Shown here: one piece after another, positions 49,584 through 59,220 of the stretch | How positions within the stretch are numbered: the first letter of the stretch is position 1 | Layout: each line of letters starts with the position of its first letter | NCBI GenBank assembly: GCA_016235455.1 | Contig: JACRKZ010000130.1 | Span: 1-64,000, forward strand | Reading direction: 5' to 3' | DNA: 64,000 nucleotides | DNA from: Armatimonadota bacterium | Lineage (GTDB): Bacteria; Armatimonadota; UBA10988 | Position numbers and translations under genes: made by a program | The notes under the pieces: generated by a model | Databases searched by the model: none | The model's input: the letters and a program-made list of their open reading frames with translations, nothing else | Told to the model about the DNA's origin: nothing

Positions 49584-50426
49584 TCATTTGGAAGTCTGCA
49601 TCTCGAAGTCGAGGCCGATGTCCACCGCCGCCGCCGAATGCGTCAGCGCGCCGATGCTGATGTAGTCCACGCCACTCTCGGCCAGAGCGCGCACGGTGGT
49701 CAGGTTGACGCCGCCGGAGGCCTCGGTCCAGGCTCTGCCGCGGGCCAGTGCGACCGCTTCACGCAGCAGGTCCGGGCCCATGTTGTCCAGCAGCAGCCCG
49801 TCGGCGCCGGCGTCCAGGGCTTCCTCGAGCTGGCCCAGGGTGTCCACCTCCACCTCGACCCGCAGCATGGCATTGCCCGAGCGCGCCGCTTCCACCGCCG
49901 CCGCGATGCCACCGGCGGCGATGATGTGGTTGTCCTTGATGAGGATGCCGTCGCTCAGGCCAAAGCGGTGGTTGCAGCCTCCGCCATGGACCACGGCCGC
50001 CTTCTCCAGCCGGCGCAGGCCGGGCGTGGTCTTGCGCGTGTCCAGGATGGTCACGCCGGTATCGCTCACCGCGTCGACAAAGCGCCGCGTCAGGCTGGCC
50101 ACGGCGCTGAGCCGCTGCACCAGGTTGAGCGACAGCCGCTCGCCGGTGAGGATGGGTCGCGCCGGGCCGGAGACCGTGGCCACCGGTGTGCCTGGCTCGA
50201 AGGGTTCGCCATCGGCCAGATGCGCCTCGAACACCACTGCCGGGTCGAGCAGTGCGAAGACCTGCCGCGCGCAGTCGATGCCCGACAGCACGCCGGCCCC
50301 GCGCGCGGCGAAGCGGCCCACGCAGCGCGCGCTCTCCGGCACGCAGCGGTTCGTCGTCACATCGCCCCAGCCGACATCCTCGGCCAGCCAGCGACGCAGA
50401 TCCTCGATCAGTCCAAAGTCACTCAT
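49584..50426 (-). CDS. nadC: Quinolinate phosphoribosyltransferase
   Basis: LDTRKTTPG, NHRFGL..ILIKDNH, EVEV, LLDNM, EASGG, SIGALTHS. Confidence 0.97.
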   Translation of the reverse strand: MSDFGLIEDLRRWLAEDVGWGDVTTNRCVPESARCVGRFAARGAGVLSGIDCARQVFALLDPAVVFEAHLADGEPFEPGTPVATVSGPARPILTGERLSLNLVQRLSAVASLTRRFVDAVSDTGVTILDTRKTTPGLRRLEKAAVVHGGGCNHRFGLSDGILIKDNHIIAAGGIAAAVEAARSGNAMLRVEVEVDTLGQLEEALDAGADGLLLDNMGPDLLREAVALARGRAWTEASGGVNLTTVRALAESGVDYISIGALTHSAAAVDIGLDFEMQTSK

Positions 50427-51235
50427 GTACCCACCACCAACGGGCTGCTGAGGCGCTTGAGCAGCGCCATGGCCGACAATGCCGCCAGGTAGCTGGTTTT
50501 GGGATTGTCGGGCGAGGGGACGTTCTCCACGATCACTTCCAGCCGGCCGAACCCGCCGCTGGCTTCAATACGGTGGCAGTTCACGCTGCTGGTCGGGTCG
50601 GCCACCACGCGCACGCGGGTGCGCTCGGCGCCGATGCCGGCCAGGCTCAGCGCGGCGGCCACATTGACGTTGGCCGGAAACGCCTTGACCGCCTCGGCCG
50701 CCGACCCCTCGAAGATGGTTGTGGGCTCGGTCAGCGCGGCCAGGTCGATGCCCTGCTGCACCACCCACGGCGCGCCGGCCAGGCCGCGTGGCGGCTTGGT
50801 GGTGGTCAGCGTGACGCTGTCCAGCCCGGCGGGCAGCGCGGCGCGGATGGCGTCGAGCGCGGCGATGGCGCCGGTAGGCGCGTAGATGGTGCGGCCCGCG
50901 GCGCGCGCAGCTTCGACCAGTTCGTCGTGGCCCAGCAGACCGCCAACACTCATCACCAACACGTCGCAGCCGGCGTCGAGCGCCGCCTGCACCACGAGCG
51001 GCGCCACCGCGCCGGCGGCGGCCTCGACCACCACGTCGGAAGCGGCGCACAGCGCGGCCAGATCCAGCGATGGCACCGGCTGGCCCAGGCTGCCGAGCAG
51101 CGCCTCGCGGCGCGCGTCGTCGAGTTCGCACAGACCGACCAACTGGCCCGGTACGTCGCCGCTGTCCACGGCGCGCGCAATCGCCGCGCCAATGGCGCCG
51201 GCGCCGACCAGACCGATCTTCAATGGGCTAGCCAT
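50423..51235 (-). CDS. nadX: L-aspartate dehydrogenase
   Basis: GAGAIG, VVEAA, MSVGGL, FEGSAAEAVKAFPANVNVAA, NCH, PSPDNPKTSYLA; next to nadC. Confidence 0.93.
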   Translation of the reverse strand: MASPLKIGLVGAGAIGAAIARAVDSGDVPGQLVGLCELDDARREALLGSLGQPVPSLDLAALCAASDVVVEAAAGAVAPLVVQAALDAGCDVLVMSVGGLLGHDELVEAARAAGRTIYAPTGAIAALDAIRAALPAGLDSVTLTTTKPPRGLAGAPWVVQQGIDLAALTEPTTIFEGSAAEAVKAFPANVNVAAALSLAGIGAERTRVRVVADPTSSVNCHRIEASGGFGRLEVIVENVPSPDNPKTSYLAALSAMALLKRLSSPLVVGT

Positions 51236-51247
51236 GAGAGGCTCCCT

Positions 51248-52108
51248 TCAACTCGCCAGGCTGCCACCGGGCACTATGAGCGCATTGTCGATGAGCCGCG
51301 CCGGTCCCACCCGCGCGGCCAGACAGAGCCGGCCCGGCTCGTCCAGATAGGCCATCGGCACCAGACTGCGGGGATCGACCAGACTGACATAGTCGATCTT
51401 CGCCAGCGGCTCGTCGGCGATGACGTCCGCTGCCGCATCCTCGATTGCCGCGGCCGAAACCGGCCCGCCGGCCGCCGCCTCCTGCGCCGCGCGCAGCGCC
51501 CGAGAGAGGCACAGCGCGGCCTGACGCTCGTCGGCGTCGAGGTACTGGTTGCGGCTGCTCATGGCCAGCCCATCGCTTTCGCGCACAATCGGCATGCCGA
51601 TGACCTCGATGCCGAGGCCAAGATCCTCGGTCATCCTAGAGATAACCTGGAGCTGCTGATAGTCTTTCTCGCCGTAGTAGGCGCGCGTGGGCAGAATGAG
51701 GCAGTGCAGCCGCGCCACCACCGTGGTCACGCCCGAGAAGTGGCCTGGCCGCGCCGCGCCGCACAAGCCGCTGGTCAGCTCGTCGACCTCGACGCGCGTG
51801 CAGAACCCCGTGGGATACATGGCGCTGCCGGTCGGCGCGAAGACGATCTCCAGGCCCGCCGAGCGGCAGCCGGCGAGGTCGGCCTCGAAAGTGCGCGGGT
51901 ACGCGGCAAAGTCCTCGTTGGGGCCGAACTGCTTGGGGTTGACGAAGATGCTGGCCACGGCGATGTCGTTCTCGCTCGCGGCGCGGCGCATCAGCGAGAG
52001 ATGCCCTTCGTGCAGATTGCCCATGGTCGGCACCAGGCCGATCGTCTTGCCTTCGCGCAGCCACTCGCGCGACAGCTCGCGCATGATCTGGGGGTCACAG
52101 ATAACCAT
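51248..52108 (-). CDS. panC: Pantoate-beta-alanine ligase
   Basis: VPTMGNLHEGH, SIFVNPKQF, RPGHFSGV, GEKDYQQ, DGLAMSSRN, RLIDN. Confidence 0.97.
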   Translation of the reverse strand: MVICDPQIMRELSREWLREGKTIGLVPTMGNLHEGHLSLMRRAASENDIAVASIFVNPKQFGPNEDFAAYPRTFEADLAGCRSAGLEIVFAPTGSAMYPTGFCTRVEVDELTSGLCGAARPGHFSGVTTVVARLHCLILPTRAYYGEKDYQQLQVISRMTEDLGLGIEVIGMPIVRESDGLAMSSRNQYLDADERQAALCLSRALRAAQEAAAGGPVSAAAIEDAAADVIADEPLAKIDYVSLVDPRSLVPMAYLDEPGRLCLAARVGPARLIDNALIVPGGSLAS

Positions 52109-52136
52109 CGGGTCGTCCTGGGGCGCTCGCCCGGCG

Positions 52137-53219
52137 TCAACCAGCGACGCTCAGGCTCAGCCGCCCCAGTTTATGCCCGATGAGCATCAGCGGGAAGATC
52201 AGGTTGCCGGCAAACAGCGCCATCATGCGCCAATCACCGCTGGCGCCCTCGGGTGTGAGCGCGGCGATGCCGGCCAGGCCGCCGACCAGCAGCAGCGTGG
52301 TCAGGTACGACGCGGTCAGGCTGCGGTGGAGTTTGGCGCGCATGGCCGACCACACGCAGAAGGCCGCGGCGCTGAGATAGAACAGCGCCACTGCGGCGAT
52401 GGCCAGGCCAATGCTGGCCCAGCCCGAGCCGGGGTCGGGCTTGATGCCCACGAAGGCCAACATGAAGCCCAAGGCCAGGCCGGATCCGCCGGCGGCCAGC
52501 GCCAGGTTGGTGGGCAGGGGCAGCCACGAGAGGGTCTGCTCACCGGGCTTGAGCAGGCCCCAGATGAGCATGACGACGACCCAGGCGGCGGTGAGCATGA
52601 GCGCGTAGGGCAGCCACTCATGGCGGGCGTTGAGCGCCTCCATGGCCTTCTGGCGCTGCTCGGAGAGCTTGCGTCGGCGGTCCTCGGCGGCGCGGGCCTG
52701 CTGGCCGCTCTCCAGCGCGGCGCGCAGCTTGCGGGCATAGACCACATTGCGCGGCGCGGCGGTGACGGCGCCCGAGTAGTGCACCACGGCGGCGTCCCAC
52801 TCGAGCTTGGCGGACAGCACGTCGCCCAGCAGGGCGTGGGCCGAGGCGTAGTCCGAGTCGGTGGCCAGGATCTTGCGGCATTGGGCGGCGGCCGAGTTCA
52901 GATCGCCCTGCTCCATGGCATGGACGGCATGGCGGAACCAGTCGTCGATCTGACGCTGCTTGAAGCTCGAGGGTGGCGGCGCACCCGGCGGCGGGGTGCC
53001 GCCGCGGCTCAGCGCGTCATACGCGCGGCGCTTGGCGGGGTCGCTGAGCGTGTCGTAGGCCTCGACCACCAGGATGAACTGCGCCTGCGCGGACTCCGGG
53101 TCGGCGGCCACGTCGGGGTGGAACTGGCGGGCGAGCTGGCGGAACCGGCGCTTGAGTTCGTCCGGCGCGACGTCCCGTGAGACGCCCAGTACCCCGTAGT
53201 AGTCGACTCCCCTTCGCAT
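52137..53219 (-). CDS. J-domain protein with TPR and C-terminal multi-TM region
   Basis: DYYGVLGV..HPD..EAYDTLSDP.KRRAYD; TPR-like segment; four to five hydrophobic helices. Confidence 0.88.
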   Translation of the reverse strand: MRRGVDYYGVLGVSRDVAPDELKRRFRQLARQFHPDVAADPESAQAQFILVVEAYDTLSDPAKRRAYDALSRGGTPPPGAPPPSSFKQRQIDDWFRHAVHAMEQGDLNSAAAQCRKILATDSDYASAHALLGDVLSAKLEWDAAVVHYSGAVTAAPRNVVYARKLRAALESGQQARAAEDRRRKLSEQRQKAMEALNARHEWLPYALMLTAAWVVVMLIWGLLKPGEQTLSWLPLPTNLALAAGGSGLALGFMLAFVGIKPDPGSGWASIGLAIAAVALFYLSAAAFCVWSAMRAKLHRSLTASYLTTLLLVGGLAGIAALTPEGASGDWRMMALFAGNLIFPLMLIGHKLGRLSLSVAG

Positions 53220-53233
53220 CGCTCTCCTCGCGG

Positions 53234-54469
53234 CTACTTCAGCAGATCGCCCAGAATGCCATTGTTCATCATGCCGCTGTAGAACCGGAGCGCATAGATT
53301 AGCACCGCTACCGCGAACACCATGAGCCCGGCCACCGAACCAACGACCACTAGAGTTTGAGTCGCGGCGACCGCCTCTTGTTCGTAGTAGGTGGCAACGC
53401 GGTCCAGCAACTGGTCCACCGTGCCCGAATGCTCGCCCGTGCGCACCATCTGCGTAACTTGCACCGGGAACTCGCCGGTAGCCAGTAGCGCCTCGGTCAG
53501 TGTCGTGCCGCCGCGCAATTGGGCAGGGATGCCTTCCAGGTTAAGGGTCATGGCCAGGTTGCCGCAGGCCGGTGCCGCCACCGACGCCGCCTCGCCCGCG
53601 GGCACGCCGGCGGCGAGCAAGTCGCTCAGGACGCGCGTGTAGCGCGAGATGGCCACTTTTCGAAACAGCGGGCCGATGACCGGCGCCTTGAGCTTGAAAC
53701 GGTCGAAGCCGACGCGCAGGCCCATGATCGACGCGTAGCTGCCGCGCAGCGCGAATAGCGTGCCGATGATCAGCACGAACGGCAGCGCGAATCGCAACGT
53801 GCTGGACAGCAAGTGGGTCTTCTGGCCCATGCCCACGGCCTGAATGGCCGGTGCCACCACACCCACTACGAACATGGTGGCGAACATGGCCACCCACTGG
53901 CAGCCCATGTAGGCCAGCCGCCAGCGCAGCGAGTTGGCCACCTCCATCTCGCGCTCGAAATGCTGCGCGATACGCTCGGACTGCACGTCCAGCCGGCCGT
54001 TCACCTCGCCGGCGCGCACCATGGCCGACTCGATGACCGAGAACAGCTCGGGCCGATTCCGCAGCACCTCGTAGAACGTGGCGCCCTGCGCCGTGGACAG
54101 GGCGGTGTCGCGGGCGAAGGCCGAGAGGCGGCCGAACCCGGTGGACACCATGTTCAGCCCCTCGTGGACGGTCATCCCGGCCTTCAGGGCATGGGCCATC
54201 TGGCGCCAGAAGGCGCAGCGCGTCTGCAGGCTCACGCGCAGGAACAGGCTGGCCAGGCCGGGCGCCTCCGCGGGTGGGCTGGCCCGCCGGCCCGCCGGCT
54301 TGCTGGGCCGCCGCCCGCCGCTGAGCTTCTCGTCGACGGGCTCCAGGCCGCTGGGATGGAAGTCGCGCTCATACAGCTGGCGTAGGGCATCGCCGCGGTC
54401 GGTCGCCTCCAGGCGGCCTTCCTCAAAGTTGCCCTCCGAGGTCCGACCCCGGTAGCGGAATGCAGGCAT
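53234..54469 (-). CDS. Type IV pilus/T2SS inner-membrane platform protein (PilC/GspF family)
   Basis: MPAFRYRG, RQMA..LKAG, MVRAGEVNGRLD, LKAPVIG, LLAAGVP, MVRTGEHSGTVDQLL. Confidence 0.92.
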   Translation of the reverse strand: MPAFRYRGRTSEGNFEEGRLEATDRGDALRQLYERDFHPSGLEPVDEKLSGGRRPSKPAGRRASPPAEAPGLASLFLRVSLQTRCAFWRQMAHALKAGMTVHEGLNMVSTGFGRLSAFARDTALSTAQGATFYEVLRNRPELFSVIESAMVRAGEVNGRLDVQSERIAQHFEREMEVANSLRWRLAYMGCQWVAMFATMFVVGVVAPAIQAVGMGQKTHLLSSTLRFALPFVLIIGTLFALRGSYASIMGLRVGFDRFKLKAPVIGPLFRKVAISRYTRVLSDLLAAGVPAGEAASVAAPACGNLAMTLNLEGIPAQLRGGTTLTEALLATGEFPVQVTQMVRTGEHSGTVDQLLDRVATYYEQEAVAATQTLVVVGSVAGLMVFAVAVLIYALRFYSGMMNNGILGDLLK

Positions 54470-54926
54470 GACTGTCCATCTCCATCAGCGCTTGCGCCAC
54501 GGTGCGACCGTCGGGCAGCACCAGGTCCGGCAGCAGGTCGGCCGCCGGCCGCAACACGAACTCGCGTTCGGCCAGGCCCGGGTGCGGCACGGTCAGCCCC
54601 GGCTCGTCCAGGCTCACGCCGTCCATCCACAGCAGATCGATGTCCAGCGTGCGCGGACCCCATCGTACCGTACGTACCCGGCCCAGCTCCGTTTCAACCG
54701 CCAAGGCCAGCGTCAGCAGTTCCCGCGGGCCCAAATCGGTCTCCACCAGCACCGCCGCATTGAGGAACTCGTGCAGCGCGCTCTCGCCCATGGGCGGCGA
54801 ACTGTAGACCCGCGAGCCGGCCACCAGCGCCACGCTCTCATGCGCCGCGAGGCGCGCGGCGCCAGCCCGCAGGATGGCCAGCCGGTCGCCCAGGTTCGAG
54901 CCCAGTCCCAGCAGCGCACGGCTCAT
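54423..54926 (-). CDS. folK: 2-amino-4-hydroxy-6-hydroxymethyldihydropteridine pyrophosphokinase
   Basis: LGLGSNLGD, FLNAAV, RWGPRTLDIDLL, VPHP..EREFVL. Confidence 0.96.
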   Translation of the reverse strand: MSRALLGLGSNLGDRLAILRAGAARLAAHESVALVAGSRVYSSPPMGESALHEFLNAAVLVETDLGPRELLTLALAVETELGRVRTVRWGPRTLDIDLLWMDGVSLDEPGLTVPHPGLAEREFVLRPAADLLPDLVLPDGRTVAQALMEMDSHACIPLPGSDLGGQL

Positions 54927-55759
54927 GGCGCCCAGCCTCGCACGATGGCATCGCTCATGCGGGCCACGCGTGCCATGGCGCGCACATCATGGACTCTGAC
55001 GACATCGGCGCCACCGGCAATGGCCAGTGCCACGGCGGCCGCCGTTCCTTCCAGTCGGTCGTTGGCCTCGACGCCCAGCACCTCGCCGATGAACCGCTTG
55101 CGCGACACGCCGATCAGGATCGGGGCGCCCAGTTCGCGTAGCTCGCCCAGCCGCCGCAGCAGTTCCAGGTTGTGCGGAGTCAGCTTGGCGAAGCCAATGC
55201 CGGGGTCGACCAGGCACTGACCGCGCTCGATGCCGGCGGACACAGCCGCGGCCAGGCAACCGGCCAACGCTGTCCGCACTTGCTCTACCACATCCTCGTA
55301 ATGCGCGAGTGACTGCATTGTGTCAGGCGTGCCGCGCATATGCTGCAACACCACCGGCACGCCGGCTCGCGCCACGACTCCCGCCAGGGCGGGATCGTTG
55401 GTCAGGCCAGACACGTCGTTGACCAGATGTGCGCCGGCCGACAGCGCCGCCGAGGCCACCTCGGCCCAGCGCGTGTCCACCGACAGCGGTGCAGGCACCT
55501 CGCGCGCCAGCGCCGCGACCACGGGGCAGACGCGGTTGATCTCCTCCTGGCGGCTGATGGCCACCGCGCCGGGCCGGGTCGACTCGCCGCCGATATCGAG
55601 CCAGTCGGCGCCGTCTGCCACCATGGCTCGGCCCTGGGCCACGGCGCGCGCCACATCGCCGCCCGTGCCGTCGCCCGAGAACGAGTCGGGCGTGACGTTC
55701 ACGATGCCCATGACCAGCGTGCGCTGGCCAAAGGCGATCTCCTGGCTGGCGAGTTTCAT
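54923..55759 (-). CDS. folP: Dihydropteroate synthase
   Basis: MGIVNVTPDSFSG, DIGGESTRPG, SVDT, NDVSG, DPGIGFAK, GVSRK, RVHDV; start at ATG 55759. Confidence 0.97.
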   Translation of the reverse strand: MKLASQEIAFGQRTLVMGIVNVTPDSFSGDGTGGDVARAVAQGRAMVADGADWLDIGGESTRPGAVAISRQEEINRVCPVVAALAREVPAPLSVDTRWAEVASAALSAGAHLVNDVSGLTNDPALAGVVARAGVPVVLQHMRGTPDTMQSLAHYEDVVEQVRTALAGCLAAAVSAGIERGQCLVDPGIGFAKLTPHNLELLRRLGELRELGAPILIGVSRKRFIGEVLGVEANDRLEGTAAAVALAIAGGADVVRVHDVRAMARVARMSDAIVRGWAP

Positions 55760-55774
55760 CGGACCGAGCCCGAT

Positions 55775-55875
55775 CTGGGAGCGCCAAGCTCCAGTGTGGC
55801 ATTTGCGGAGTCGGCCCTGGCGTCGCGGACCGGTCGCCGTGGTGACGTGGGCCAAGCTGGAGCTTGGCGCTCCCA
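55775..55875. repeat. REP doublet (REPIN-like) with 19-bp perfect arms
   Basis: TGGGAGCGCCAAGCTCCAG (55776-55794) and reverse complement (55857-55875); right unit holds the palindrome GCCAAGCT-GG-AGCTTGGC. Confidence 0.85.
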
Positions 55876-55892
55876 CAGTGAGCTCACGGCCA

Positions 55893-57794
55893 TCACTTCC
55901 CCTCCACCAGTAGCGCCACCGCGCCGTTGGTCGGCAGTTCGACCGCCTCGCCGGTCCAGGTGGCCTGGCCACTGAGCCGCCGCACCGTCCGGCCCGCGGG
56001 CAGCGTCCAGCCGACCCGGCCGGGCTGGTCGGCGCCGTTGGCGGCGATGACCAGCGTCTGCCCTTCGCGCTGCCAGGTGCGGGCATAGACGGTCTTGAGA
56101 TTGCTCGGGGCGAGCTTCAGGTCGGGTGCGGGCTCGGTGGACAGCAGCCACGGCATGAGGTTGTTGACCTCGTCGGCCACGATGCACAGGTCCTGCCAGC
56201 GCGGCGCGAAACCGCCCGGGTCGCGCTGCAGATCGAACCACGAGTAGAAGATCAGGCCCTGGGCGCCGGCCGCCAGGCGCTGGTAGGTCATCGTCCGCTC
56301 TTCTTGGAGCGTCGGCGGATGGGGCTTGGCGTCCTTCTTGTAGACGCTCCAGTCGTGGGCCTGCGGCACCTGCCAGATCGGCCCCCACGGGCCCTTGGCG
56401 GCGGCGGTCAGCGTGGTCCACTGCCCCGCCATGGCCGCCGGCGCGTCCGGGATGGGGTAGGGATCACTGCCCAGCACGTCCGCCGTGTCGACATACTGCT
56501 CCATCTGATTGACCTGATAGAGCACCGACCAGGTCGGATGGCTGGGGTCGAGCGTGGCCACGCGGCGGTAGCGCGCCGCCAGCGTGTCGTGCATGGCCAC
56601 CGGCAGTTCGTCGTTCAGGTACCAGGCCAGCAGCGCGGGATGGTCGCGGAACGTGGTCACATAGTGCTCGGCCCGCGCGTCGGCCTCGGCCGGCGCGGTG
56701 ATCTCCTTGGGTGACCACTCGGTCCCATGGTAGAGGTCCTTGATCGAGAAGATGATCTTGAGCCTGGCCGCCGCCACGGCATCGAGTCGTGCCTTCACCC
56801 CGGCATCGCCGCCATCGGTGCTGCCATAGGGCATGATGGTGTTGAACCCGCCCGCGGCGATGCGCGCCAGATCCTCGGGCTTGACCCCGCCCAGATAGAG
56901 GCCCAGCGGGAAGAACCGCTTGCCGGCCACGCGGCAGTAGCCGTCGTCGTCGATATCCACGGCCAACGGCGGGTCCTTGGGGTCGTAGACGTTCAGCGGC
57001 GCGTCCCACGCGGCCAGTTGGCTGCCGTCGTTCTTGGCCAGCAGGCGCAGCCGCAGCTCGTGGTAGCCCTTGTCGAGCTTGCCCAGCGGCAGCTTCATCG
57101 TGACCTTGGGGCCGGTGGGCACCAGGTCGACCGTGCGCAGGTTGCGATCGGCCACGGCCAGCGACAGCTTGAGCTGCGTGTCGGCCGGTGTGCGGTCGCC
57201 GGCCAGGTTGCGCCCGACCCGCACGCGCACCACAGCGTCCGGCAGGTCGGTGCCGGCGGGCACGCGGCCGCGGTAGTTGGGCCGTTCGAGGTAGGCGCTC
57301 AGCGGCGGCGGCAGCACCTCGATCACCTCGACATCGTCGAACCAGGCGGTGCCGGTGCAGCCCTTGCGCAGGTAGAGGGTGAGGTGCGACGCCGTGGCCT
57401 CGTCCGGCAGCGTGATGTCGCCAACCACCTGGAACCAGTCCGCGTCGCCCTTGCGGCCGCTGGGGTAGGCGCCGCCGAGCCAACCTTTGGGGCCGTCGAA
57501 CTCGATGCAGGTAGTGGCGCCGCTCTCCTCGCCGGTCACGCCCTGGGTTCTGACCCACACGCTGAAGCGGTACAAGCGGCCGGGCACCAGCGGCAGGGGA
57601 TAGGTGGCCATCGGGTAGGCCGCCGCGTCGGCGTTGTGGAACTTGAGGCTGCGCTGGTCGCCATGGCCGACGGTCGTGTCGAGTGTGACCTGGCGCGGCA
57701 GGTTCCAGCCGGTGGGATCGGCGGCGAAGTTGGCGTTGGGCACCAGGTTGACCGGCGCGGCAAAAAGCGTCAGGGCCAGCAGCAACGAGGACAT
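55893..57794 (-). CDS. Secreted CBM4/9-like domain + clan GH-A-like glycoside hydrolase
   Basis: NLVPNANF, YRFSVWVRT, GTAWFDDV (CBM); GKRFFPLGLY, GFNTIMPY, HPALLAWYLNDE, DVLGSDPYP, GLIFYS. Confidence 0.78.
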   Translation of the reverse strand: MSSLLLALTLFAAPVNLVPNANFAADPTGWNLPRQVTLDTTVGHGDQRSLKFHNADAAAYPMATYPLPLVPGRLYRFSVWVRTQGVTGEESGATTCIEFDGPKGWLGGAYPSGRKGDADWFQVVGDITLPDEATASHLTLYLRKGCTGTAWFDDVEVIEVLPPPLSAYLERPNYRGRVPAGTDLPDAVVRVRVGRNLAGDRTPADTQLKLSLAVADRNLRTVDLVPTGPKVTMKLPLGKLDKGYHELRLRLLAKNDGSQLAAWDAPLNVYDPKDPPLAVDIDDDGYCRVAGKRFFPLGLYLGGVKPEDLARIAAGGFNTIMPYGSTDGGDAGVKARLDAVAAARLKIIFSIKDLYHGTEWSPKEITAPAEADARAEHYVTTFRDHPALLAWYLNDELPVAMHDTLAARYRRVATLDPSHPTWSVLYQVNQMEQYVDTADVLGSDPYPIPDAPAAMAGQWTTLTAAAKGPWGPIWQVPQAHDWSVYKKDAKPHPPTLQEERTMTYQRLAAGAQGLIFYSWFDLQRDPGGFAPRWQDLCIVADEVNNLMPWLLSTEPAPDLKLAPSNLKTVYARTWQREGQTLVIAANGADQPGRVGWTLPAGRTVRRLSGQATWTGEAVELPTNGAVALLVEGK

Positions 57795-57835
57795 CAGCGT
57801 CTCCGCGACCGCGCGCGGCGACGCCGCTGTCGGGC

Positions 57836-58204
57836 CTACTTCGACGGCGCGCTGGTCGTGGAGTCGCTCTTCGCCGTGGACGTGCCAGTGTCCTTGGCCG
57901 TGCTCGAACTTGCGGTGCTGTCGCTGCTGCCGGAGCCGGCGCTGCTGCTGCTTTCGCTGCTGCTGCTACTGCTCTCGCCGGAGCCCTCGGCCGGCGCCGC
58001 GGGCTTGGTGGCGCCATTCTTCGAACTCGACTTGTAGTCGTTGACATGCCAGCCGCTGCCCTTGAACACCAGGGCGGCGGCATGAAAGACCTTGCGCACG
58101 TTCTCGCTGCCACAGTCGGGGCAGTCGGGCTGTGGAGCTTTCCACTCCATGCGCGTCTCCCAACCATGGTCGCAGTCGCGGCAGCGGAACTCGTACAGCG
58201 GCAT
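57836..58204 (-). CDS. FmdB-family zinc-ribbon protein with Ser-rich tail
   Basis: MPLYEFRCRDC..CPDCG..FKGSGWHVNDY; TATAAT on minus strand at 58226-58231. Confidence 0.92.
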   Translation of the reverse strand: MPLYEFRCRDCDHGWETRMEWKAPQPDCPDCGSENVRKVFHAAALVFKGSGWHVNDYKSSSKNGATKPAAPAEGSGESSSSSSESSSSAGSGSSDSTASSSTAKDTGTSTAKSDSTTSAPSK

Positions 58205-58312
58205 CGTCCTAACCTCTGGCCCTCGATTATAGGCCCGGAGTCGCTACATAACGCGCGCCTTTACAAGGTCTTTACCGCCAACCGCATGGTATCCTGGCGG
58301 CGAGGTGCACCG

Positions 58313-59143
58313 ATGACGGTCGAGCAGCGCTGGGTTGAGATCGAAGGCATACGGCTGCGGCTGTCGCATCCCGATGAGGTGCCGCTGACCTGGGTGGGCA
58401 ACGACGACCTGTTGCGCCAGCTGCTGGCAGCCTGGCTGGTCATCGATCCCGCCGACGTGCCGCTCAATCCGCGTCTCATCGGCAAACCCGGCGTGGGCAA
58501 GACCACGCTGGCCTACGCCGCGGCCAAGCGCCTGGGCCGGCCAGTGTACATTTTCCAGGCTACCGTCGACACGCGGCCCGAGGATCTGCTGGTCACGCCG
58601 GTCATCGGCGGCGCGGGCGAACTGGTCTACGTGGCCAGCCCGCTGGTCAGCGCCATGCTCGCCGGCGGCGTGTGCGTGCTCGACGAGGGCAACCGCATGA
58701 GCGAGAAGTCGTGGGCCAGCCTGGCCCCGCTGCTCGACCGGCGGCGCTATGTCGAAAGCATCGTGGCCGGCATCAAGATCCCCGCGCACGACGACTTCCG
58801 CATTGTCGCCACCATGAACGACGACGCCAGCACGTTCGAGATCCCCGAGTACATCCACTCGCGCCTGCAGCCGCAGATCCTCATCGACTTCCCCGAGCGC
58901 GAGGACGAGCTGGCCATTCTGGCCGAGAACCTGCCGTTTGCCGACGGCGGGCTGCTGGACTACGTGGCCGACTTCCTGCAGCGTGCCCACGGCCGCGACG
59001 AGCGCTACACCGTGCGCGACGGCATCAACATCGCGCGCTACGTGCTCAAGCTCGGGGCGCAAGCGCCGGGCGACCTGGCCGAGCGCCTGACCTTGGCTGT
59101 GCGGCAGACGCTGGGTGACGAGGGCCTGGCCTACCTCGAATAG
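58313..59143 (+). CDS. AAA+ ATPase (MoxR/CbbQ-like, AAA_5)
   Basis: GKPGVGKT Walker A, VLDE Walker B, ATMN sensor 1, SRL; ATG after GAGGTG. Confidence 0.88.
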   Translation: MTVEQRWVEIEGIRLRLSHPDEVPLTWVGNDDLLRQLLAAWLVIDPADVPLNPRLIGKPGVGKTTLAYAAAKRLGRPVYIFQATVDTRPEDLLVTPVIGGAGELVYVASPLVSAMLAGGVCVLDEGNRMSEKSWASLAPLLDRRRYVESIVAGIKIPAHDDFRIVATMNDDASTFEIPEYIHSRLQPQILIDFPEREDELAILAENLPFADGGLLDYVADFLQRAHGRDERYTVRDGINIARYVLKLGAQAPGDLAERLTLAVRQTLGDEGLAYLE

Positions 59144-59220
59144 GATAGGTCAAGCAACTCGCGGCAATCGGCCATGGCGGCGCGCTCTCGCAGCGGGTAC
59201 GCTCGTGGTCGGAGTAGCCC

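Noticed and set aside
57836-58020. GCT/CTG-rich tandem-like tract
   Set aside because: Encodes the Ser-rich low-complexity tail usual in FmdB proteins; not an independent repeat.
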